Assembly: GCA_043825615.1 (NCBI GenBank)
Contig: JBDRRS010000014.1
Location: 31,029-95,028 of the forward strand
Source of the DNA: a bacterium
GTDB lineage: Bacteria > CG03
Reading direction: 5' to 3'
Length of the DNA stretch: 64,000 nt
Made by a program: the position numbers and the translations under genes. Positions 10,047 to 19,056 of the stretch are shown in pieces (position 1 is the first letter of the stretch; the number at the start of each line of letters is the position of its first letter). Below the pieces are notes generated by a model. The model saw only the letters and a program-made list of their open reading frames with translations. It ran no database searches and had not been told where the DNA came from.

Positions 10047-10079
10047 TGGTAATTCATGCGTAAAAGCTCAGTGAACGGC

Positions 10080-10152
10080 GTGTCATTGCGAGGGAATGAA
10101 ATGACCGAAGCAATCTCGAGATTGCCACGCCCTTCGGGCTCGCAATGACAAA
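10080..10152. repeat. Intergenic palindromic repeat element, family R1 copy 2 (inverted relative to copy 1)
   Basis: GTGTCATTGCGAGG...GAAGCAATCTCGAGATTGCCACG...GCTCGCAATGACA. A 12-bp terminal inverted repeat can close a long stem. It lies just after the glyS stop. Confidence 0.5.
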
Positions 10153-10192
10153 TAGGGTGTTTACTGAATTGCCTGATTCGGGGAGGAAATAA

Positions 10193-10924
10193 ATGGAATA
10201 TCCGGTAAATATTAATTCAAGGGAAACCGGCAGCAAAGCGCTGCTTAAGAAACTTCGCAGGGAAAAGAAAATCCCCGCGGTTGTTTACGGCTCCGATTTT
10301 GATTCAAGGGCAGTGTGGGTTGACGGGAAAGAAATTCTGAAAATTATTTCCCGCTCGAAAACGTCGGTTCTGGAACTGCATGACGGGGAAAAGAAAATAA
10401 AGGCGATTATAAAAGATATCTCGTACGAGCCCTTGACGGAAGAGATTAATCACATAGATTTTCTGACATTACAGGCAAAACACGAAGTGGAACTCAAAGT
10501 CCCTGTCAGAATAGTCGGTTCCTGCCCCGGCGTTAAGGAAGGCGGTGTTCTTGATTTTATCACGAGAGAATTAGAAATAAAAACAATTCCGGCGAAGATT
10601 CCCCAAGACCTGCAAATCGACGTTTCAGCTTTGGGAATAGGGCACGTGATGAAGGTCTCGGATATAGAAATTCCGGAGGGTATTACGGTTCTCACCCCCG
10701 GGGATACAATTTGCATTACTGTTAAGGCGCCGAGGAAGGAAGAGGAAGTTCCGGAGCCGGCCGAAACAGGTGAAGCCGAACCCGAAGTGGTAAAGAAGGG
10801 CAAGGAAGCCAAAGAAACGGAAGAACCCGAAGGAAAAGAAAAAGGAAAAGAAAAAGGAAAAGAGAAAGGGAAAGAGAAAGAAGAACCGGCGCCGGCAGGG
10901 AAGAAAGAGAAAAAGGGGAAGTGA
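10193..10924 (+). CDS. rplY: 50S ribosomal protein L25 / general stress protein Ctc with a K/E-rich C-terminal extension
   Basis: L25/Ctc N-terminal and beta-barrel domains. The C-terminus reads ...KEKGKEKGKEKGKEKEE..., a low-complexity tail. pth follows, the conserved ctc-pth order. Confidence 0.8.
   Translation: MEYPVNINSRETGSKALLKKLRREKKIPAVVYGSDFDSRAVWVDGKEILKIISRSKTSVLELHDGEKKIKAIIKDISYEPLTEEINHIDFLTLQAKHEVELKVPVRIVGSCPGVKEGGVLDFITRELEIKTIPAKIPQDLQIDVSALGIGHVMKVSDIEIPEGITVLTPGDTICITVKAPRKEEEVPEPAETGEAEPEVVKKGKEAKETEEPEGKEKGKEKGKEKGKEKEEPAPAGKKEKKGK
10832..10885 (+). repeat. 12-bp tandem repeat (GGAAAAGAAAAA-like, about 4 units) encoding the GKEK repeat in the L25 tail
   Basis: Direct reading: ggaaaagaaaaaggaaaagaaaaaggaaaagagaaagggaaagagaaag. 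Confidence 0.6.
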
Positions 10925-11463
10925 CGGCTGTTTTTGGTCTTGGCAACCCTCCATCTTATAACGGTACGCGGCATAACATAGGGCGGGAAATCTCGCTGAA
11001 TCTGAAAACCGGTCTTAAAAAAAAGAGGACAGGGGAGTTTTACGACTTATTCGGCATGGGGAAGAGGGGCCTGATTATGGGCAGAACCTATATGAATGAA
11101 TCGGGGCTGGCATTCGGCGATGCGGTTTATTCTTCGGGTCTGTCAATCGGGGATATTCTCGTAATTTGCGACGACATCAACATCCCTCTGGGAAAAATCC
11201 GTTACAGGGTTTCCGGTTCTTCCGGCGGTCACAAAGGTCTGAAATCGATAATTGAATGTATGGGGACGAGAAATTTTCCGCGTCTGCGAGTGGGAATCGG
11301 GAAACCAGACGCCAGTGATATTGACGTAAAGGACTGGGTTCTCGGAAAATTTCAGAAGGATGAAATTCAGGTGATTAAAAATGTTGTCCCTGCGGCGGAA
11401 GAATTCGTAATGGAGTATTGGGCGGGAAAATGGCCCGATGAAAATTTAAGTGTGCACATTTAG
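10921..11463 (+). CDS. pth: Peptidyl-tRNA hydrolase
   Basis: N-terminus FGLGNP...YNGTRHNIG, the Pth signature. GTG start overlaps the rplY stop. Confidence 0.85.
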   Translation: MTAVFGLGNPPSYNGTRHNIGREISLNLKTGLKKKRTGEFYDLFGMGKRGLIMGRTYMNESGLAFGDAVYSSGLSIGDILVICDDINIPLGKIRYRVSGSSGGHKGLKSIIECMGTRNFPRLRVGIGKPDASDIDVKDWVLGKFQKDEIQVIKNVVPAAEEFVMEYWAGKWPDENLSVHI

Positions 11464-11524
11464 CAGGCAGGAAATGACGTTGCCTTTTAGGGCAGCTCGC
11501 GGTCTTGCCGTCGGGGACGTTTTT

Positions 11525-11572
11525 ATGGAAGGGGACAGTTCTTTTCAAGACCTGTCCCCAACCATCAAGTTC
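11525..11572 (-). repeat. Hairpin-containing intergenic repeat, family B copy 1 (GGGGACAG...CTGTCCCC stem)
   Basis: GGAAGGGGACAGTTCTTTTCAAGACCTGTCCCCAACCATCAAG is the reverse complement of the repeat at 15121-15180 and 22663-22720. Confidence 0.5.
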
Positions 11573-11705
11573 ACTCTGGGTTCGCTACGGGCATTCTGCA
11601 AATCCCTCGCTCACACAGCCCCGCCTGCCAAGAACCGCTCGCTACAAAACAGCCCCGTCAGACAACGGTCATTTTTCCGCTATAGTAGAGGCATTAGAAA
11701 CTTGA

Positions 11706-12290
11706 ATGTTTAGGAAATTTAAGAAGAAAACAATTACGGGGCTTCTGGTGCTTATGCCTATCGGCATAACCCTGTACTTGTTTTACTTTCTGTTCCATCT
11801 GATAGCGGGATTTATGCTGCCCTTTGTTTTGAAAATTCCCTTTTTAAGAACATGGCCGCTGCAGGCGCATTACGTTTTGAGTTTTACTCTGGTAATTTTA
11901 ATACTCTGGTCCCTCGGGATTATTACCTCAAACATATTCGGGAGCACGCTTTTAAGGCTGGTTGACGGCATTTTTCTGAAAGCGCCGATTATCAATAAAA
12001 TTTATTTCACGATAAAGCAGATTGTTGATATTATCGCTACGAAAAAAACCGCTTTCAAACGGGTGGTAATGATAGAATATCCCAGCAGAGGAATAAAAAC
12101 CATTGCGTTTATCACGGGTGAAACCGAATTAGACGGGGAAAAACACTATTCCCTGTTTGTGCCGACGACGCCTAATCCGACGAGCGGTTTTTTTTGCATG
12201 GTTAAAGTAACGGATGTAAAAGAACTTGATATGGACACTGAAACCGCAATGAAAATGATTATTTCGGGAGGAATGCTGAAGCCCGGCTAA
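11706..12290 (+). CDS. DUF502-family membrane protein
   Basis: 194 aa. The N-terminus KKTITGLLVLMPIGITLYLFYFLF, two TM helices and a C-terminal soluble domain fit the DUF502 pattern. Confidence 0.55.
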   Translation: MFRKFKKKTITGLLVLMPIGITLYLFYFLFHLIAGFMLPFVLKIPFLRTWPLQAHYVLSFTLVILILWSLGIITSNIFGSTLLRLVDGIFLKAPIINKIYFTIKQIVDIIATKKTAFKRVVMIEYPSRGIKTIAFITGETELDGEKHYSLFVPTTPNPTSGFFCMVKVTDVKELDMDTETAMKMIISGGMLKPG

Positions 12291-12326
12291 ATTGACAAAA
12301 TCCGGGAATGTGGTAAAATTAAAGTT

Positions 12327-13472
12327 ATGCCGCTAAATATAAAGTCGGTTTTAAAAAACCTTTCTTCAGTCCGGCCCTCCGGAAACATTCTCGGCGTTGA
12401 TTTCGGCTCTTCTTCGGTTAAGATTGCCGCCCTGAAAAAAACGGGGGAGTCCTTTCAACTGGCGCACTGCGGCATTGTGCCGATGCCGTCGGGAGCGAAA
12501 GCCCTGATGGAAATGGAAATGGAAGAAAGAGCGGAACTTGTCAAAAGATTGAAAGATTTTCTTTCTTCCGCAAAGGTCAGGACGAAACCCGCGGGCGTTT
12601 CCGTTATGGGGAGTTCCGTTATTGTCAGGTACGTGAAGTTACCGAAAATGCCCGACGACGAACTCGCAAAGAGTTTGAGGTTTGAGGCGGAGGAGTTTAT
12701 ACCTTTCGACATATCGGACGTTTATCTTGCCGCAGAACTCATAAAGGATGTGGAGGAAGAGGGGCAGGTAAAAGCGGAATCGGTGCTTGTCGCCGCGAAG
12801 AAGGAAATCGTTGACGAGCGCATTGAATTGCTGAAGAATATAGGGCTTGACCCCGTGATGGTGGACGTTGACAGTTTTTGCGTCAATAATGTTTACGAAT
12901 ACTGTTTTCCCGCTTACAGGGACGAGAACGTAATGATTTTAAATATCGGCGCGAATATGACGACTCTGTCGATTTCGGACCATGGCGCGGTTAGAGTGGT
13001 AAGGGATGTGTCTTTCGGCGGGGGGTCTCTCAGCAAACTCGTGATGAGTGCCTTCGCCTGTGATTTCCCCAAGGCGGAGGCTTTGAAGAGACAGTACGGC
13101 ATTGTTCCCAGCACTGAACTTGAAACGATGTCCGAGGCGGAGACCGCCGAACAGGTAACGTCCGCTTTGATACAGAGTGTTGATGACCAGCTTCTTACGG
13201 AAATCCAGAGGTCGGTCGATTATTTTAACACGATTTCCACCGCGTCGGAAGGCATTAAAAAAATTGTTCTTTCCGGAGGCGGCGCGAATCTGAAAAATTT
13301 GGATAAGTATCTTGCCCGTCAGATCGACATCCCTGTTGAAATTTTCAATCCGCTGGATTTTATAAATCATCCGGATGATGCCGCCCTCGCGGAAAATGCC
13401 GCCGCTTTTGCGGTAGCGCTCGGGCTTGCAATGAGACAGGCAGGGGATTCAAAGTCAATAAGAGCGGTGTAA
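12327..13472 (+). CDS. pilM: Type IV pilus assembly protein PilM (actin-like ATPase)
   Basis: ILGVDFGSSSVKIAALKK matches the PilM/FtsA-like N-terminus. It begins a pilM-N-O-P-Q gene series. Confidence 0.85.
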   Translation: MPLNIKSVLKNLSSVRPSGNILGVDFGSSSVKIAALKKTGESFQLAHCGIVPMPSGAKALMEMEMEERAELVKRLKDFLSSAKVRTKPAGVSVMGSSVIVRYVKLPKMPDDELAKSLRFEAEEFIPFDISDVYLAAELIKDVEEEGQVKAESVLVAAKKEIVDERIELLKNIGLDPVMVDVDSFCVNNVYEYCFPAYRDENVMILNIGANMTTLSISDHGAVRVVRDVSFGGGSLSKLVMSAFACDFPKAEALKRQYGIVPSTELETMSEAETAEQVTSALIQSVDDQLLTEIQRSVDYFNTISTASEGIKKIVLSGGGANLKNLDKYLARQIDIPVEIFNPLDFINHPDDAALAENAAAFAVALGLAMRQAGDSKSIRAV

Positions 13473-13522
13473 TAATGAAAAGTATTGCGGGGAAAAACCC
13501 CGAAATTTCCGGCAGGGATTAG

Positions 13523-14098
13523 ATGCTCAGGATAAATTTACTTCCTTATGAAATTGAGAAAAAAGCGGCCGCGCGGAAACAGATTTTTCTCGCCTCTGTT
13601 GCAGGGGCCGTTGTTGTTTTTATAGTTGCAGGATGTTTTTTGATGAGGGTTGCGAAAATAGCGTCTCTCAAAAAGGAATCCAAAAAGGCCGACGCGGAGT
13701 TAAGCAGATACAATGCGGAGTTGGAGAAAATTCAGATTATCGAAAACCAGAAGAAGAGTTTGCAGACGCGGCTTAGTACCATTGACGGGTTAATGGCTTC
13801 GCAGCTGAATTACCCGAAGATGATGGAGGTTATGACGTTGCCCTCCGTTCTTCCCGCAAACGTCTGGCTTAAAACGTTTACCACGCGCGATGCCGGCCCG
13901 GAAGAAATAAGTTTTATTTTTGACGCCGAAGCGGCTGACAATTACGCCGTCGCCGATTTTCTGACCAATCTTGAAAAATCACCGCTGTTCGACAAAGTTA
14001 TCATCAGGGGTTTTACCGCCGGCTCCGGCCCGGCAGGAGAGAAAACAAGGGCATTAAATGTGAGTTGTATGTATAAACCCCAGAAGGGGAAACCCTGA
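13523..14098 (+). CDS. pilN: Type IV pilus assembly protein PilN
   Basis: 191 aa. N-terminal INLLPYE motif, a single TM helix and a coiled coil. Position after pilM. Confidence 0.75.
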   Translation: MLRINLLPYEIEKKAAARKQIFLASVAGAVVVFIVAGCFLMRVAKIASLKKESKKADAELSRYNAELEKIQIIENQKKSLQTRLSTIDGLMASQLNYPKMMEVMTLPSVLPANVWLKTFTTRDAGPEEISFIFDAEAADNYAVADFLTNLEKSPLFDKVIIRGFTAGSGPAGEKTRALNVSCMYKPQKGKP

Positions 14099-14119
14099 TG
14101 TTATGCGGAGCGGAATATA

Positions 14120-14671
14120 ATGGCTGAGGGAAAACCTGTCCCCAAGGAACAGAAGATATTTTTAGCCGTCCTCGGCCTCGTCGGTATTTTCATGTTTTAC
14201 AGCAAGGTCTGGAAGCCCCAGGGGAATAAAATAAAGGAATTCCAAAAAAATATTGAGGACACGAGAGATAAAATCAACAAGGTAAAAAAAGACATAGCAA
14301 GAATGAAACAGATAGAAGCGGAATTCGCAAAACTGAAACTGAAAGAAGCGGAGGTCGAGAAGAAACTGCCGAGGGAGGAGGAACTGCCTCAGATTATCAG
14401 GGATATAACGGCAACGGGTTCCGCCCACAATATCGAAATAGACAATTTAAGGATTGCCGCTGTTGTTCCGAAGGAGTTTTATGAAGAGCGCCATTACAAT
14501 TTTTCAATTTCGGCATCGTATCACAAACTCGCCCAGTTCTTTACGGATATCTGCCAGAAGGAAAGGATTATGACGGTAAAAGACCTGAAGCTTGCGCCTG
14601 CCGGCGGGGCTGAGCAAACCCCGGATTTACAGACGACGTTCACGCTGATTGTTTACACATACAAAGAATGA
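14120..14671 (+). CDS. pilO: Type IV pilus assembly protein PilO
   Basis: 183 aa bitopic protein with a coiled coil. Position between pilN and pilP/pilQ. Confidence 0.7.
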   Translation: MAEGKPVPKEQKIFLAVLGLVGIFMFYSKVWKPQGNKIKEFQKNIEDTRDKINKVKKDIARMKQIEAEFAKLKLKEAEVEKKLPREEELPQIIRDITATGSAHNIEIDNLRIAAVVPKEFYEERHYNFSISASYHKLAQFFTDICQKERIMTVKDLKLAPAGGAEQTPDLQTTFTLIVYTYKE

Positions 14672-15123
14672 AACTGAAATTTAAGACGGTAATTGTGATT
14701 TTAATTTTCTGCCGGTTGCCGGCGGCTTACGGAGAGGGCGAGCCCGGACCTACCCCTGACGCCGGAGAAAAAACAGAGGCAAAATATGTGTATCAGGGTC
14801 ACAAGAACAGGAATCCTTTCTGCAGGGCGGGGTCCGGAAGCGTTTCGGGTTATCAGGAAACACAGGGCGAAAAACAAAGCATTTCCGATTTTTGTCTGAC
14901 AGGCATTATGACCGACATATCCGGAACGAAATACGCGATTCTAACCGATGAAGTATCAGGGAGTTATATTTTGAAAAACGGCTGGCTGTATGATGCCGAA
15001 GGGAAAAGAGTTCCTTCAATAACGGGCACCGTCTTTGAAGAGCGGGTCATAATAATCATAGGCACGCGCATCAAAGAGCTGAAACTTCCCGAAGAAGATG
15101 AGTCCACGATAAAACTGGAATAG
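14668..15123 (+). CDS. pilP: PilP-like pilus assembly protein
   Basis: 151 aa with a signal peptide. Small secreted protein directly before the secretin gene, with overlapping start and stop. Confidence 0.5.
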   Translation: MKLKFKTVIVILIFCRLPAAYGEGEPGPTPDAGEKTEAKYVYQGHKNRNPFCRAGSGSVSGYQETQGEKQSISDFCLTGIMTDISGTKYAILTDEVSGSYILKNGWLYDAEGKRVPSITGTVFEERVIIIIGTRIKELKLPEEDESTIKLE

Positions 15124-15180
15124 TTGGGGACAGTTGATAGTTGGGGACTGGTCTTGAAAAGCCCCGTCCCCTTCCATAAT
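15121..15180 (+). repeat. Family B repeat copy 2: direct repeats TAGTTGGGGACAG x2 plus hairpin GGGGACTGG/CCCGTCCCC followed by a T-rich run. Candidate intrinsic terminator after pilP.
   Basis: tagttggggacagttgatagttggggactggtcttgaaaagccccgtccccttccataat. Confidence 0.5.
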
Positions 15181-15229
15181 TCCGGAAAATGTATTATAAT
15201 ATTGAAATATATTGTGGAAATGCAGGATA

Positions 15230-17041
15230 ATGAGAAATTTTAGAAGAAACGCGGTATTAGCCGTAGCGGTATGCCTTGTTTTTTTCTCTTCCCGTCTCCC
15301 GGCGCAGAACGGTCTTGAAAAAATCAGGAGCGTCAACGCCAGCGTTGATTCGGAAAAAAAGCTCTCGGTCGTTATAGACGTGACGGGACCGGTAAATTAT
15401 TACCTGTTTAAAGTTCAGAACCCTCCGCGTCTCGTGGCGGAATTTACAAGCGCTCTCATTGAAATTGAGAAAAAGGAAATAACGCTGGATAGGTCTTTTG
15501 TAAAGAAAATCCGCGTCGGGCAGTACAAAAGTATTCCTGTGGAAATTTCGCGGATTGTGTTTGATTTGATAACCGATGATGTTTTTTACGACGCTCTGTC
15601 GGTCGGTAATAAGATTTATATGACTGTTGCGGCCGCTCCCGAACTTGCAAAGGTGTCTGTTCCGGAGCCCGAGCCGAAACAGGCGCCGGTTTCAAAAAGA
15701 ACAGTGCTCTCCGGGAAAAAATCGATTGCGAGGAATATTCCCACGTCCGAACACAGAAAAAAGGTTGAGGAAATAAATGCCGCCGGTGAACCGGTGGCCG
15801 AAAAAGAAGAAGAAACGCCGCCGGAAGAAGATGCTTATGAGGCGACGATGGTAAAAGCGACGTACGGTTTTCTGCAGATAAGCAGAAAGCGCATTTCTCT
15901 GAACTTTCACGAAGCGGACATAAGAATGGTTCTCCGTGCGATTGCGGAACAGACGGGGGTGAATTTTATTTACGGTTCCGATGTTGAGGGAACCATAACC
16001 CTGAAACTCAAAGATGTCGCTTTTGACGATGCAATCCGGCTGATTCTCAAATTGTCAGGTCTTGTCGTGGAAAAGGAAGCGGACAATATTATAAGGATTA
16101 TTACGCCGGAAGAACTCAAAAACGAGAGGTCGAAAGCCATTCAGTTTACGAGGGTTATGCCTTTGAAATACACCATTGCCGAAGACATCAAAAAACAGCT
16201 GGACAAGATTAAAATTGAGGGCATCACCCCGATAATAGGGGATGACCCTCTCACGAACAGCGTTATCATAACGGCGAGTCCGCAGGGTCTTGAGAAATAC
16301 GGGGAACTGATTAGTGTTTTCGACGTAAAGCCGAGACAGGTTCTGATTGAGGCCTCTCTGCTTGAGGTTGATTATTCGGAAGGGCTTGACCTCGGAATCG
16401 CATGGGGTATGAGCAATTTTGACATTGATAAAAAGGGGCTTACCGGCTCGCTTGATTCGGTCGGCGCCGCGCAGACCGTCGGAACGGTCGGCGTGCCCGC
16501 TCTCACTTTTACCATCGGCGGCCTTTTGAATTCAAACCAGTTTAATGCGACGATAAATGCTCTTCAAAAGAGGAACAAGGCGAAGTTATTGTCAAGGCCG
16601 AAGATTGTGGCATTAAACAAAGAAAATGCAAAAATTGTTTCGGGGGAATCATTGCCTTATACGGAAACGACCATCGGCAGCGGCGGCGCTACGACGACCT
16701 CGACAAAATTCACAAGCGTTGGCGTGGAACTTACGGTCACGCCGACGATCCATTCCGAAGAATACGTGACTCTTGAAGTCAAGCCGAAAGTCAGTACGCT
16801 CAGGCAAATGCTCCCTGCTGGTCCGTGGACGGCCGAGAGGGAGGCAACCACGAAAGTTATGGTTAAAAGCGGTGACACCGTCGTGATAGGTGGTCTCATC
16901 AAGGAAGAGGACCTGAAGGCGGTAGAGCAGTTCCCTCTCCTCGGCGACCTTCCCATTATAGGTTATCTTTTCAAGCACCAGCAGGAAACGACAGACAGGG
17001 TCGAACTTCTGGTCTTCCTGAAACCGATAATTTTAGAATAG
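15230..17041 (+). CDS. pilQ: Type IV pilus secretin PilQ
   Basis: Signal peptide, AMIN-like N-domain and a secretin C-terminus (VVIGGLIKEEDLKAVEQFPLLGDLPIIGYLFK...ELLVFLKP). The longest ORF starts at 15212. Confidence 0.85.
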   Translation: MRNFRRNAVLAVAVCLVFFSSRLPAQNGLEKIRSVNASVDSEKKLSVVIDVTGPVNYYLFKVQNPPRLVAEFTSALIEIEKKEITLDRSFVKKIRVGQYKSIPVEISRIVFDLITDDVFYDALSVGNKIYMTVAAAPELAKVSVPEPEPKQAPVSKRTVLSGKKSIARNIPTSEHRKKVEEINAAGEPVAEKEEETPPEEDAYEATMVKATYGFLQISRKRISLNFHEADIRMVLRAIAEQTGVNFIYGSDVEGTITLKLKDVAFDDAIRLILKLSGLVVEKEADNIIRIITPEELKNERSKAIQFTRVMPLKYTIAEDIKKQLDKIKIEGITPIIGDDPLTNSVIITASPQGLEKYGELISVFDVKPRQVLIEASLLEVDYSEGLDLGIAWGMSNFDIDKKGLTGSLDSVGAAQTVGTVGVPALTFTIGGLLNSNQFNATINALQKRNKAKLLSRPKIVALNKENAKIVSGESLPYTETTIGSGGATTTSTKFTSVGVELTVTPTIHSEEYVTLEVKPKVSTLRQMLPAGPWTAEREATTKVMVKSGDTVVIGGLIKEEDLKAVEQFPLLGDLPIIGYLFKHQQETTDRVELLVFLKPIILE

Positions 17042-17623
17042 TTGACTGCGGAGCAAATTCGTCATGCGAAGATTCTCAGAAAATCGGGTCTTTTTTCCGA
17101 AGCTGCCGGGTTTTATCAGGATATTTTAAAAGAAAATCCTTCGGATAAACTTGCGAAACTCGGTTATGCGCAATGCCTTATTAAACAAGGCATTACGCCG
17201 CTGTTCTACAGGGCGGAGAAGGTGCTTTTTGAACTTATCGGAGAGGATTATCTTTTCCAGCAGGCGCATGACGAACTCATATTTTTGAGCCGCCGGCTCA
17301 ACCATCTGGGGAACCTCTCAAAGTACTATAACGAAAAACTAATGCAGTATCCTGCGAGAGATATTTATGAAGAGTGCCTGAAAAAAATTACGGGCGTCGT
17401 TTCTCTCGTCCTGCCGGTCCGAAAAAAGAAAAGGCTGCGGGCGCCTCTTATCGTAAAAGTTTTTTTTTACGGCGTGACGGTTTCCTTGTGTGTCGTTCTT
17501 CTGCTCGGCATTTTTTCCGCAAAATTCAGAAGTTTATTTTTCCCGTCTCTGCTGCTCATTGTTCTGTTTATCGGATTAGGTGTTTTTAATTATCTGAAAG
17601 AGAGTTCTTCTCCGCAGTGGTAG
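17042..17623 (+). CDS. Hypothetical TPR-like protein with a C-terminal membrane anchor
   Basis: 193 aa. Helical N-terminal half and two C-terminal hydrophobic helices. TTG start as annotated, with an alternative ATG at 17064. Confidence 0.4.
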   Translation: MTAEQIRHAKILRKSGLFSEAAGFYQDILKENPSDKLAKLGYAQCLIKQGITPLFYRAEKVLFELIGEDYLFQQAHDELIFLSRRLNHLGNLSKYYNEKLMQYPARDIYEECLKKITGVVSLVLPVRKKKRLRAPLIVKVFFYGVTVSLCVVLLLGIFSAKFRSLFFPSLLLIVLFIGLGVFNYLKESSSPQW

Positions 17624-18960
17624 TGTTACTCGGTCTTCTTCCCGCTGCATGCTTTTTTTCTTTTTTGTTCAATCTGTGGGCTGTTACTCTTTCCCTCGTT
17701 CTTTCCGTCCCGTTTATTCTCGGGAAGAGGGCACTGCCTAAGACCGCCCCGTATCTTTTTATTCTCATCCTGATAAGCGCCGTTGTCTCAGGTATTACGA
17801 AATTTCAGTTTAACAGTATGTCTTTCGTCCTCCAGGAAATGCTTTACCTGATATTTTTTATACTCGGATTTAATCTAAGAATTAAAAGCCGCCGGCTTCT
17901 GATTCCTCTTTCGGCTTTTCTTTTTATCCCTTTTGTTTACGCCGCCGGAAGCATCAATCCGAATATTGTTTCTTCTTTTACAGCGCTTCTGGTTGCGCTG
18001 CTCTGGCTAAGCGGCGCGCAGAAAGGCCTGAAATATATTTTCTCTTTTCTCGGTGTTTTTCTCATAATCAGTCACGGTTCTTATATCGCTCTTTTTGCGC
18101 TTTTCGCCGCATGGGTGATTGCGGCAAAAAGAAGGTTATGGCCTCTTATAATAATCTTTATTTCAGCGGCAACGTTTCTTAATGAGAATTCCGTCATTGA
18201 AAGAATCATCTGGTTTAAGAAGGGCTTTGACGTTTTTCTCATCGCTCCTTTCGGCACGGGTTTTTTCGGAATGAAATATTTTCTTGCGGGGACGGGGACT
18301 CAGAACACGGTTTTTCTGCATAGTTTTTTTCTGCAGTTTCTTATTGAGTGCGGGATTTTCGGTTTTGCGGTTCTTGCGGTTTTTTTTCTGAAACTTCTGA
18401 AATCGGCAGAAGGGGTTAATTACAGGTTTGCCGTTTTAACGGGCATAATTTTAGGTCTCCTTGATTATTCTTTTTACTATCCTGCCTGCGGAATGCTGTT
18501 CGCTCTGATTGCGGGTCTTGCCGCCCGAAGCCGCGAAAAAAACGGGGACGTTTCTGGTTTTTTTGTGGCGAAAACCGATTTTAAAATAGTCCTGTTCAGG
18601 GCTTTATTTTTTATGTCCCTCGCCCTGGCGGCCGTTATGTTTTTAAGTTCGAGAAATTTTGCGAAAGGAAATTTTGAGCTTTTTTCAAACCGTCCGCGGG
18701 AGGCGGTTAAGCAGTATGACAAGGTCTTCCGTTTTCCGAGATATCCGGCGGTTTTTTCGGCCCGCGCCGCAGCGCTCAGTATTATTTATGATGAAGACGG
18801 GAGCGTCTCTCTTGATGAATGTTTCGCCCTTCAGGAAAAAGCCCTTGCCGTTAAAGGTCCCGCATACGCTGATTTCCTCGCGGCAAAGCAGAAAAAGGAC
18901 ACCGGAAAACTCAGAGATTCCTGTATGAAAGTCCTTTTTCTTGAAGGGGCAAAACCGTAA
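17617..18960 (+). CDS. O-antigen ligase (Wzy_C) family polytopic membrane protein with a C-terminal TPR-like soluble region
   Basis: 447 aa with about 10-12 TM helices and a large loop typical of WaaL/PglL/TfpO-type enzymes. It follows pilQ directly. Confidence 0.5.
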   Translation: MVVLLGLLPAACFFSFLFNLWAVTLSLVLSVPFILGKRALPKTAPYLFILILISAVVSGITKFQFNSMSFVLQEMLYLIFFILGFNLRIKSRRLLIPLSAFLFIPFVYAAGSINPNIVSSFTALLVALLWLSGAQKGLKYIFSFLGVFLIISHGSYIALFALFAAWVIAAKRRLWPLIIIFISAATFLNENSVIERIIWFKKGFDVFLIAPFGTGFFGMKYFLAGTGTQNTVFLHSFFLQFLIECGIFGFAVLAVFFLKLLKSAEGVNYRFAVLTGIILGLLDYSFYYPACGMLFALIAGLAARSREKNGDVSGFFVAKTDFKIVLFRALFFMSLALAAVMFLSSRNFAKGNFELFSNRPREAVKQYDKVFRFPRYPAVFSARAAALSIIYDEDGSVSLDECFALQEKALAVKGPAYADFLAAKQKKDTGKLRDSCMKVLFLEGAKP

Positions 18961-19056
18961 GGAAGATTAAACTGAATTTTGCTATTCGCGATAAACGGCC
19001 AGTAAGGCATCTCCGCCGGCGATAATGCTTATGGCAAAACTTCAGGAATTAAAAAA

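Noticed and set aside
10450-10974. Antisense ORFs (10450-10974, 10625-10954, 10722-10946) opposite the L25 K/E-rich tail
   Set aside because: Low-complexity shadow frames of the GKEK-coding 12-bp tandem repeat.
11450-11713. ORFs 11450-11713 and 11505-11705 (+), and 15016-15336 (-), sharing the peptide MEGD..FQD.SPTI
   Set aside because: The shared peptide is produced by the family B DNA repeat read in one frame. The regions are intergenic and hairpin-rich, and one copy overlaps the pilP 3' end in antisense.
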